From a virus (lineage: Duplodnaviria > Caudoviricetes): a stretch of 64,000 bases of DNA. Shown here one piece after another: positions 41,728 through 50,124 of this stretch. Position 1 is the first letter of the stretch. Each line of letters opens with the position of its first letter. The DNA is taken from the IMG/VR virus record IMGVR_UViG_3300043010_000145, one strand, 5' to 3'. The notes under the pieces are model-generated. The model searched no databases, was not told the origin of the DNA, and saw nothing but the letters and a program-made list of their open reading frames with translations. A program made the translations under genes and the position numbers.

Positions 41728-41807
41728 GTTTGCCCCGCACGGGCGGGGATGTTTCTGTTTGCGATAAAGACTGGAATTTTATTTTATCCGCTGATTTCAA
41801 TGATTAA
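41728..41807 (+). CRISPR. Solitary type I-E-like repeat (41728-41756) followed by a guide-like segment
   Basis: GTTTGCCCCGCACGGGCGGGGATGTTTCT (29 nt); the next 51 nt match 41224-41274 at 41/51; leader-like segment at 41671-41727. Confidence 0.8.
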
Positions 41808-41826
41808 ATTGCTGCTTGGTATGGTT

Positions 41827-41856
41827 AAAAAGCTCATTTAATGAGCTTTTTCTTTT
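41827..41856 (+). terminator. Intrinsic terminator closing cassette B
   Basis: AAAAAGCTCATT-t-AATGAGCTTTTT. Confidence 0.8.
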
Positions 41857-41943
41857 TGCCTGTCTGTTTGCTTGCAAATAGCTATATCTTTTAGAAAGTG
41901 AGGTTCTGCACCAAAGTAATAATATAGGTGCAATATTCATTGT

Positions 41944-42132
41944 ATGAAATATTATGTAACTTATGTAATAGACGGAAGATTAACCGTTGAAGTGAATGCG
42001 AATAGTTTAGAAGAAGCTGTAACAAAAGCAGATTATGCCTATGATGATGCTAATCTTGGTAAAACAGAAGTTGTTGATTCGTTCTTATCTTTGATAGAAG
42101 ATGAAGATGGGAATTATTTGTTTGAGAGGTGA
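41944..42132 (+). CDS. Small acidic protein, family member 3
   Basis: MKYYVTYVIDGRLTVEVNANSLEEAV...IEDEDGN. Confidence 0.8.
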   Translation: MKYYVTYVIDGRLTVEVNANSLEEAVTKADYAYDDANLGKTEVVDSFLSLIEDEDGNYLFER

Positions 42133-42136
42133 TTGT

Positions 42137-42310
42137 GTGAAATATTCTGTAACTTATGCAGTAACGATTGATGTAGATGCAAATAGTTTAGAAGAAGCTG
42201 TATCTGCTGCTAATTTTGTCTTATATACTCAGCTTACTCCTAGTGAGTTTCTAACTTATTATTTAGCTTCCGTAGAAGATGCTAAGGGAAATTGTATTTA
42301 TGAAAGCTAG
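42137..42310 (+). CDS. Small acidic protein, family member 4
   Basis: GAGGTG RBS, GTG start; KYSVTY...VDANSLEEAV...VEDAKGN. Confidence 0.75.
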   Translation: MKYSVTYAVTIDVDANSLEEAVSAANFVLYTQLTPSEFLTYYLASVEDAKGNCIYES

Positions 42311-42478
42311 GCTTATACAGTTTATAAAATAACTTCTTGCATGAAATCTAGCTACTAATTTCTATTTATTCTCCACAAAAACTATTTTTAAAACTATTCT
42401 TAACAAAAATACTTGCAATATTCACATATTGCAAGTATAATTATATACAAAGATAATAGCAAAAGGAGATAGCAACAC

Positions 42479-43060
42479 ATGACAAACACAAAACCAACGA
42501 TTAAAGCTGAACGAACTGCCCTCTTGCACGAACTTAATCTTACCGAAGAAGAAATGAACCAAATCTGGAAAGATTGTGTTAAAAATTCTTACAAGTGCAG
42601 AGTAATCGCTGACACTGGCAGAGATTGGACAGACCTTGCCTTATCCGAAATTCGCAAGCTGCCTAACCTTGTAGAAGAAACAAAGAAATATCAGGCAGAG
42701 AAAGAACGGATTGCACGAGAAAAGCAAGAGCAGAAAGAAAAAGAAGAGCAAGAAAAAGAGTATTATAAGCACCATTTTGATGAGTTGATGCTGAAAAAGA
42801 TTGATTCCGAAGAAGAACTTACTTCTGATGAACTTTCCGAACTTGTATACGGGTATGATGTAGAAACAAATTATGATGACAACCGCCGTTGGACAAGAAC
42901 AGCACACACTATTGTAAAACTTGCAGATAGATATTTTGAAATCGAATGGGAAGAAGGCTTAACAGAATATCAAGAGAACGAATTCTTAGAGCAGCCTGTC
43001 GAAGTAGTAAAGCACGAATACCAGAAAACAATTACAGTTGTAGAATGGTTAGCAAAATAG
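42479..43060 (+). CDS. Acidic hypothetical protein (one copy of the KLADRYFxIEW domain)
   Basis: Own promoter TTGCAA...TATAAT, AAGGAG RBS; paralog of 43518. Confidence 0.85.
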   Translation: MTNTKPTIKAERTALLHELNLTEEEMNQIWKDCVKNSYKCRVIADTGRDWTDLALSEIRKLPNLVEETKKYQAEKERIAREKQEQKEKEEQEKEYYKHHFDELMLKKIDSEEELTSDELSELVYGYDVETNYDDNRRWTRTAHTIVKLADRYFEIEWEEGLTEYQENEFLEQPVEVVKHEYQKTITVVEWLAK

Positions 43061-43140
43061 CATAATATACAACTTATGCAACCTATACTCGCTTGAATAA
43101 TTCAGGCGGGTATTTTGTTTGCTTGCTATTTTATTCTATG

Positions 43141-43370
43141 TAGTTAGTAAATACTAACTAGTTTTTTATAAAAATATTCATTTTATGCTTGCAATTCATT
43201 TATATAAGAGTATACTTATAGATAGAAAGAAACAAGTAAATCTTCAACAAAGTAAAATTCAATCGTGTAATTATAATTTCAACAAACTACTTGTTTCTTT
43301 CCGTTTCATAATAATTTCCTTTCTAAAAAGCGAAAGAGCTGTGAATTCCCCACACGGCTCTTTCCTTTTT
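43141..43370 (+). ncRNA. Operator-promoter-sRNA-terminator cassette 1
   Basis: TAGTTAGTA-aa-TACTAACTA palindrome; TTGCAA-16-TATACT; stem GAAAGAAACAAGTA/TACTTGTTTCTTTC; CAT-N7-TCCTTTCT; terminator. Confidence 0.65.
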
Positions 43371-43517
43371 TTATTTTGCTATTTTCCTTAATTGCTATTC
43401 ATTCTGCTATATTCTATACAATACTATTTTTAAAAAAAATTTCTATGTAACTATTGCAATATATTCTTATTTGGTGTATATTATATATGCAGATAGCGAT
43501 AGGCTATTAAGGAGGAT

Positions 43518-44120
43518 ATGAATATGACTAATACTGAATGGAACAATTTTGAGGAAATCAATCGCTGGAATCAGCACGAAGCGGATTTGCTTAAACAAAT
43601 TGATGCTCACGAGCAACTCACTGCTGCCGAATTATCTGAACTTGTAGAAGATTGCGGTATTGAAACAACTTATGAAGAAAACAATCATTTCTACCAAACA
43701 GCTTATACCACAATTAAATTGGCAGACAGATATTTCACAATTGAGTGGCAAGAAGCATTAAGCCATGTGAATGAGAATATTTTTGAAGAACAGCCTGTTG
43801 AAGTAAAGCAGTTTGATGAAATATACTGGAAAAACTTTGAAGGAATTGCCTTGCACAAGATTGATGCAAAGGAAGAACTGGAATCAATCGAATTGAGCGA
43901 ACTTGTTTCCTTGTACGAAGTAGACCGAAGCTATGAAACAGAAGGGCATTGGTCTAATACAATTCATTCCATTGTAAAACTTGCAGACAGATATTTCTTA
44001 ATTGAATGGGACGAAGATACAACAGAATGTGGTGAAGATGAATTTGTTGCTCAGCCTATTGAAGTTTTAAAAGAAGAAGTTCAGCAAACAATTACAGTTG
44101 TGAACTGGGTTGAAAAATAA
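43518..44120 (+). CDS. Acidic hypothetical protein (two tandem copies of the KLADRYFxIEW domain)
   Basis: AAGGAGG RBS; ELSELV...KLADRYFxIEW...QPVEV occurs twice. Confidence 0.85.
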   Translation: MNMTNTEWNNFEEINRWNQHEADLLKQIDAHEQLTAAELSELVEDCGIETTYEENNHFYQTAYTTIKLADRYFTIEWQEALSHVNENIFEEQPVEVKQFDEIYWKNFEGIALHKIDAKEELESIELSELVSLYEVDRSYETEGHWSNTIHSIVKLADRYFLIEWDEDTTECGEDEFVAQPIEVLKEEVQQTITVVNWVEK

Positions 44121-44192
44121 ATTAAATACAGCATATACTCGCTTGAACAACTCAGGCGGGTATTTTTATTTGCTTGCTTTTTTATTCTATTC

Positions 44193-44397
44193 AGTTAGTA
44201 AACACTAACTATTATTTGATTAAAATATTTATTTTATGCTTGCATTTCGTAAATATAGGAGTATACTTATAATCAGAAAGAGGTACAGAAAACCTTATAA
44301 TAAAACCTTTTGCAAAAACTTCCCCTCTTTCTAATTTAGACATTATTTTTTCCTTTCTGAGAAGAAGCCGTGAATTCCCCACACGGCTTTTTCTTTG
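44193..44397 (+). ncRNA. Operator-promoter-sRNA-terminator cassette 2
   Basis: AGTTAGT-aaac-ACTAACT; TTGCAT...TATACT; stem AGAAAGAGG/CCTCTTTCT; CAT-N7-TCCTTTCT; terminator with ATTCCCCA loop. Confidence 0.65.
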
Positions 44398-44460
44398 TCA
44401 AAATTTCTATATCTAATATCAGTAATTAAACAAATAGAAATATACGGAAAGGTGAAAATT

Positions 44461-45621
44461 ATGAACTACATCTCATTATTTAGCAGTGCTGGTGTTGGCT
44501 GCTATGGTTTTCAAAAAGAAAATTATGATTGCATAGCAACAGTGGAAATGTTACCAAGACGAATGGCAATACAACGATATAACAACAAATGTAAATACGA
44601 TACTGGATATATTTGTGGAGATATAACAAAGAAAGATATTCACAACCAAATATTCGAGCAAATTAAACTTTGGAATGAGCCAGTTGATGTCGTCATTGCC
44701 ACTCCGCCATGTCAAGGTATGTCCGTAGCGAATCTAAAAAAGAAAGCAGATAAGGAACTCATTCGTAATTCATTAGTAGTTGAAGCAATTAAGCTCATTA
44801 AATCTATTCAGCCAAAATTCTTTATTTTTGAGAATGTGCCAACTTTTTTGAAAACAATCTGTACGGACACAGACCATTTAGATAAACCAATAGGGCAAGC
44901 CATAGAAGAAAATCTTGCACAAGAATATATTTATGAAGCAAGAACACTAAATTTTGTAAATTATGGCAACAATTCCAGTAGAACGAGAACTCTTGTGATA
45001 GGAGTTTCTCGTTCATATTCTACAAAAATCAAGCCAGCATCATTGTTTCCACAAGAAACAAAGGCAAAGACCGTAAGAGAAGTAATCGGGTATTTGCCAG
45101 CATTACATACTTTTGAAGAAATATCTGCAACAGACATTTATCATTCTTTCCGACCTTATGCTCCACAAATGCGAGAATGGATTTCTTGTCTAAACGAAGG
45201 TGAATCTGCTTTCGATAATGAAGATGATTTAAAGAAACCGCATAAGGTTGTAGACGGGAAGATTGTAATACATCAGCAGAAAAGCCATGATAAATATAAG
45301 CGACAATTCTGGGATAAGCCAGCTTTTTGTGTACACACAAGAATGGATACCTTATCCAGCCAGAATACAATTCACCCACAAGACGATAGAGTTTTTAGTA
45401 TAAGAGAACTAATGCTTCTAATGACCATACCCGAAGATTTTAAATGGTGCGAGCAAAGTTTGGAAGAACTCAATGCTCTGCCAGTAGAAGAAAAGAAGAA
45501 ATATTTGCGAAAAGAAGCACCTACAATTCGTAAAGCAATAGGTGAAGCTGTGCCTACAAGTATATTTCAGCAGATAGCAAGAAATATAAAAGGACAATCT
45601 AGTCTGCTACTGAATAATTAG
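44461..45621 (+). CDS. Orphan C5-cytosine DNA methyltransferase
   Basis: SLFSSAG motif I, TPPCQGMS catalytic motif, FENV, RTR, R.FSIRE, IGEAVP; GAAAGGTG RBS. Confidence 0.92.
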   Translation: MNYISLFSSAGVGCYGFQKENYDCIATVEMLPRRMAIQRYNNKCKYDTGYICGDITKKDIHNQIFEQIKLWNEPVDVVIATPPCQGMSVANLKKKADKELIRNSLVVEAIKLIKSIQPKFFIFENVPTFLKTICTDTDHLDKPIGQAIEENLAQEYIYEARTLNFVNYGNNSSRTRTLVIGVSRSYSTKIKPASLFPQETKAKTVREVIGYLPALHTFEEISATDIYHSFRPYAPQMREWISCLNEGESAFDNEDDLKKPHKVVDGKIVIHQQKSHDKYKRQFWDKPAFCVHTRMDTLSSQNTIHPQDDRVFSIRELMLLMTIPEDFKWCEQSLEELNALPVEEKKKYLRKEAPTIRKAIGEAVPTSIFQQIARNIKGQSSLLLNN

Positions 45622-45816
45622 TAAATACTAATTACTTTTATTCATAAATTTATATTTTGTGCTTGCAATTTATTTATATATGAGTATACTTATAGATAGA
45701 AAGAAGCTAGAGAAAACCTATTAAATACAACAAACTATAATATTCGCTTCTTTCCATTTAAATTACGTCATTGATTTTCAGAAAGAGCAGTGGTTGTTTA
45801 CCACTGTTTTTTCTTT
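45615..45816 (+). ncRNA. Operator-promoter-sRNA-terminator cassette 3
   Basis: TAATTAGTA-aa-TACTAATTA; TTGCAA...TATACT; stem GAAAGAAGC/GCTTCTTTC; terminator CAGTGGT/ACCACTG. Confidence 0.6.
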
Positions 45817-45837
45817 GTCTGTACTAGCCATTTTTGA

Positions 45838-46047
45838 AGTTAGTAAGTACTAACTATATTTCTACACAAATTTATATTTTATGCTTGCAATCTAAAACTA
45901 TAAGAGTATAATAATAATCAGAAAGAGGGTTCACATCTAACGAGCTATGCAAAACAAAAACATTAAATAATTAAAAAGAACCCATCTTTCATGTATATTT
46001 CATTTTGTGTCCTTTCTGAAAACACCGTGCGACTGCACGGTGTTTTC
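45838..46047 (+). ncRNA. Operator-promoter-sRNA-terminator cassette 4
   Basis: AGTTAGTA-ag-TACTAACT; TTGCAA...TATAAT; stem GAAAGAGGGTTC/GAACCCATCTTTC; CAT-N6-TCCTTTCT; terminator AAAACACCGTGC/GCACGGTGTTTT. Confidence 0.65.
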
Positions 46048-46143
46048 CATTTTCTCCTCCAATCCAAAAGATTTTCTGTTTCTATCATTATTTCTCAAAA
46101 ATATAGTATACTAATTATACACACAAGGAGGAAATTGCCCACT

Positions 46144-46551
46144 ATGGAAAATAACAACGAAGCATTACTTCACGAAGCAGAACTCGAAGCAGAAAAAGGC
46201 TTAAACGAGCAACTTCAACCTGAACCAGAAACTTTCACGGGTTTCCGTCCGGGAGCTTTCGATAACCCACCGCAACAGCCAATGCCACCACATCAGCCAC
46301 AGCCATTAGATGCAAAATTTGATGAGTTACACCGTAAACTTGATGCTTTTGAAGTGAAGCTGTCAGCCATGGAAGGTGAGGCTGCTAAAATTCACGAAGA
46401 CTTAGGTGTTATACGTGAAGAATTTGACAAACAAGATGAAGAATTATCCGTTCAGCACGATAAACTGAATTCTATCATTACTGTTGCAGTAATTGTTTTA
46501 CTTGCTACGGGATATATTGCGGGTATTCTTACTTCACAAGTTTTCTTTTAA
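46144..46551 (+). CDS. Coiled-coil protein with C-terminal membrane anchor
   Basis: AAGGAGG RBS; Pro/Gln linker, heptad region, terminal TM helix. Confidence 0.75.
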   Translation: MENNNEALLHEAELEAEKGLNEQLQPEPETFTGFRPGAFDNPPQQPMPPHQPQPLDAKFDELHRKLDAFEVKLSAMEGEAAKIHEDLGVIREEFDKQDEELSVQHDKLNSIITVAVIVLLATGYIAGILTSQVFF

Positions 46552-46651
46552 TTTGTTTTACCAAGTCCTTGCCTAAGGACTTTTTATTTTGTCTGCTCTT
46601 TTCTCTTTTACTTGAAATCTGTATGTATTATAGAAAAGGAGTTTTTACAAA

Positions 46652-47545
46652 ATGATTGATTTAGACAAGTATTGGGAAAAACATATCAATTTTCTTTCTA
46701 ACTCTGCACATATAAATTTTTTAGCTAAAAACAAAGATTCCAGTTCTGCACCATTTAATCAGATTTTCTATAAACACGGTTTTGATGTTTCTGTTTATGC
46801 TCAAATCTTCTGGAACTATGCTAATACCACAGACAAGAATTTTCTTGAACTATTTCCAAATAAAACGGAAGAAGATATTCAAAGATTGCTTGTTGCTCTT
46901 TCGTACTTGCACGATATAGGGAAACTGGCAGAAAGCAACCAACAACTCATTTGCAACAACAAGGTAACACCTACACACCCATTTGCAAGTGTTGTTGTTC
47001 TTTCTAATCTTTCCAACATTTCTACACAAGAATTATCTGCAACCAACCTACCAAGCTGGCTTGAACTTATCTATATGCACCACGGCTGGCTGTCCGAAAA
47101 GTTTGAAGCAAGTTTGTCTGCTTATAGCCACTCTGACAAAATTTCTAACCTATTTGCTCTAAGCAAAGAAGCGGTAGAATATATTCGTACTTATTACCGA
47201 ACTTATATTGAAGATTTGCAGAATTTAGCACAAGACTTGGATTTATGGCAAGAACTTGTACTTCTTAATATTTTAATTCTCGCAGACAATATTGCTTCTA
47301 ATCTGGAACAATACAAACTTCCGACAGAGTTCCAATCCGCCACAGATTATCAGACATATCTGCAACAGCAACCAGATTATAATTTCTATGATTTTGCCTA
47401 TGTCTATCGGGTATTACACAACAGTATGGAGCAAGATACTCGTTCCATTATGCAATATTGCAAAGACAATGATATTACAAAGCTGGAAACATTGAGGAAG
47501 CTAGGGTATCAGTTTTGTGCAAAAGAGCTTGAATTAGCATTATAA
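46652..47545 (+). CDS. Stand-alone Cas3''-like HD nuclease domain protein 1
   Basis: LAK...KHGFD...YLHDIGK...HPFAS...MHHG...LADNIAS: motif order of Cas3 HD domains; no helicase part. Confidence 0.75.
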   Translation: MIDLDKYWEKHINFLSNSAHINFLAKNKDSSSAPFNQIFYKHGFDVSVYAQIFWNYANTTDKNFLELFPNKTEEDIQRLLVALSYLHDIGKLAESNQQLICNNKVTPTHPFASVVVLSNLSNISTQELSATNLPSWLELIYMHHGWLSEKFEASLSAYSHSDKISNLFALSKEAVEYIRTYYRTYIEDLQNLAQDLDLWQELVLLNILILADNIASNLEQYKLPTEFQSATDYQTYLQQQPDYNFYDFAYVYRVLHNSMEQDTRSIMQYCKDNDITKLETLRKLGYQFCAKELELAL

Positions 47546-47721
47546 AAGCAGAAAGAGTTTTCTTTCTGCTTTTCTTTTCGCTTAGCAGAAGCAAGCCTCC
47601 TCATACTTCGGAAACCTTGCTTCTGCCTGATATTAGTTATTTCTTATATTAAACTAAGGCACGAGACCTCGCTTTCTTTCATTCCATTCAAGAAACCGGA
47701 CTTCGTGCCTTGTCTTGCACC

Positions 47722-47910
47722 AGTTTTTATCTAACCGTAGTTTTTGTCTTGCCCTAGTTTTCATCTAACCGCAGTTTTTGTCTTGCCCTAGTTTTCATCT
47801 AACCGCAGTTTTTGTCTTGCCCTAGTTTTCATCTAACCGCAGTTTTTGTCTAGCCGTAGTAATTGTCTAGCCGTAGCTTTTATCTAGCCACAGTAATTGT
47901 CTAGCCATAG
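47722..47910. repeat. 34-bp (2 x 17 bp) tandem array decaying into 17-bp units
   Basis: AGTTTTCATCTAACCGC + AGTTTTTGTCTTGCCCT repeated nearly four times. Confidence 0.92.
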
Positions 47911-48041
47911 CTCCCGCATAGCCTCACCATTTTCTTGCCCTAGTTTCTTTTCAGCCACATTTCCATTTTGCCCGCTGACATTTTGCCCAATATTTAGCAA
48001 AAAACAATATGATTTGTGTAAAACTTAGAAAGGAGAACATC

Positions 48042-49124
48042 ATGAATGAAAAACTTTTCCAAGAACTCTATGCCCAAAGCCAAAGCAGTCAGCACAAAGA
48101 ATATCTTGCCAAAACATCGAGCCTTGCACCATTAGAAAGCAATGGGTACTTCTTTACTCATGCCATGGACTCAGCCATATTTGCAGATATGTTTGTCGAA
48201 GAATTTATTGCCCAATGTAAGCATTACCCAGACCTTCTTGCTTTCATTAAGGCAAATGTCAATCTTGAAGAAATTGTTGTCAGCTATGCAAAACTGCACG
48301 ACTTAGGAAAGTTAGAGAAAAAACTTCAAGCTATGTTTAAAGATAATAATAAAACAGATTCGCTTGATTCACATTCTTTTGGTTCAGCAGTTATCTGCAA
48401 CAATATTCTAAACCACAAACCAATAACACAGTTTGAATTAGAAAAATTAGAAACTTTGCCCGCATTTATTGATATTTTGAGTCTGCATCACCTACAACTT
48501 GTAGATACTTATATTACTAGAATGAGAAATTATGAAATTAATCTAGGTTCAAAAGAACCTAACCACTACATTACCAAAGAAACCGTAAAGTATCTGCAAA
48601 CCTATTTTGCCCGAGATATAGAGAATATGCGAGGGCAAGACAAATCTATTCCGCTTGTTGTTCGTATGCTTGTGTTGAATTTAGTAAAAATGGCCGATGA
48701 TTTAGCCTCGAATAAAGAAAGGTACACAGAGCAGCCGTTCAATTCAGCCAAAGTGTATGCCACTTATTATGATAAACACAAGTATGAATATGGCTATACC
48801 AATATGGCTCATACTTATAATTTGTTGTACCAATCATTAGGCAATAGGCAAGAGAGCATTTTGTATTATTGCAAGCGAAACAACATTAAAGACTTAATTC
48901 CAAAGCGAAAGCTAGGGTATGCATTTGTTCTTAGTGAAGCACAGAGCTTAATCAACTTACGGTATCAGCAAGAGAAAGATAAACAGCAGTACTTAGCGAC
49001 AATCAGCAAACAAGCTGGGACAATACAGATATTACAGAAGTATAAGCAAGATTTAGAGCAAGAGAATGCTCAGCTTAAAGCACAATTGCCTAAGCCAAAG
49101 AAGAAAAGATTCTTTTGGTTCTAA
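48042..49124 (+). CDS. Stand-alone Cas3''-like HD nuclease domain protein 2 with coiled-coil/basic tail
   Basis: LAK...THAMD...LHDLGK...HSFGS...LHH...MADDLAS; shares SIxxYCKxNxI...RKLGY with protein 1. Confidence 0.75.
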   Translation: MNEKLFQELYAQSQSSQHKEYLAKTSSLAPLESNGYFFTHAMDSAIFADMFVEEFIAQCKHYPDLLAFIKANVNLEEIVVSYAKLHDLGKLEKKLQAMFKDNNKTDSLDSHSFGSAVICNNILNHKPITQFELEKLETLPAFIDILSLHHLQLVDTYITRMRNYEINLGSKEPNHYITKETVKYLQTYFARDIENMRGQDKSIPLVVRMLVLNLVKMADDLASNKERYTEQPFNSAKVYATYYDKHKYEYGYTNMAHTYNLLYQSLGNRQESILYYCKRNNIKDLIPKRKLGYAFVLSEAQSLINLRYQQEKDKQQYLATISKQAGTIQILQKYKQDLEQENAQLKAQLPKPKKKRFFWF

Positions 49125-49749
49125 TCCGAAGCAAGATGAACTACATCTTGCTTTTCTTTTGCTCTAACATTCTGATTTCATAGGGTATTTTTCGTTCTAA
49201 AACCTCGGAAACTGTACTCTCCGTCTTGTTGTAAATAGCTAAAATAGAACGAAATCAAGCCATTTTAGAAGTATTATAAACATATTTAACACCATATTAG
49301 AAAAGAATTAAGCCAAATAAGAAAAGAACTCAAAAAAAGAAAGCAAAAATAATTGCAGACTTTTTGTTTTTCATTATCACATTAGACATAGAACAAAATC
49401 AAAATAGAAAGAATTTTTCTTCTCTCTTTCAGAAAATTTCTTTCATATTTAGCTAATGAAACATATTGTTTTCATAATTATAAAAATACATAAAAATTTT
49501 GTAATTTTTGCTTGCAAATGAGTTCAAATTTGATAAAATATACTTGTCTCATGGCAAAGCAGAGACCTCAAACAAATTCCAATTGGTACTCTCTCCTACA
49601 ACCTTTAGAATTTGACCTCACATTTGTCATGGAAAAGCTGTTTTAGGTAAAAAATTTGGGAACTATATCTGAAACTAGCAAAATCTGAAACTAGCAAAGG
49701 ACAAAGGCGAACAGTTACCTCCTGTTCGCCTTTTTTAATTTTGCTCTAT

Positions 49750-50124
49750 TCACTTTTTAAAAGTATAAACTACACCGTCATAATACACGATAGCATAGCC
49801 ATTTCTTTCACCCGAACATTGTCTGCCGTTAGTACATCTGTTAACCATTTGTCTTGTTGTCTTGTCTAATGTGAACTTACTTGTAAACTCTTTCCAAAAC
49901 TCTTGACTTCGTTCGGATTCTGCAACAGTTTCTACACTCCAAAGCGGCAAGCTTTCCTTAAATTGAACCATATCTTGAATTGTGCTGTCTGCCTGAGCAT
50001 AAAAAGATTGTTCCGCTTCTTGCTGTTCTGCCGTTTTATCTTCGTAGAACTCAAATGTTTCTGTTAATGAATTTTCTTGCATGGTAATCATAACCTCCAA
50101 TTCATAAAGATATATCTTTTTCAA
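49750..50124 (-). CDS. Hypothetical protein
   Basis: 124-aa ORF, GAGGG upstream of TTG. Confidence 0.55.
   Translation of the reverse strand: MKKIYLYELEVMITMQENSLTETFEFYEDKTAEQQEAEQSFYAQADSTIQDMVQFKESLPLWSVETVAESERSQEFWKEFTSKFTLDKTTRQMVNRCTNGRQCSGERNGYAIVYYDGVVYTFKK

Noticed and set aside
41224-41807. Diversity-generating retroelement TR/VR pair (gene 3' end duplicated downstream)
   Set aside because: Mismatches are not restricted to adenines of either copy and no reverse transcriptase is in the window
35540-45621. Complete restriction-modification systems
   Set aside because: No recognisable endonuclease beside either methyltransferase
47722-47910. CRISPR array
   Set aside because: Head-to-tail tandem units without unique spacers
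7999-49124. Complete CRISPR-Cas locus
   Set aside because: At most two adjacent repeats; no cas1/2/5/6/7/8 or Cas3 helicase recognisable
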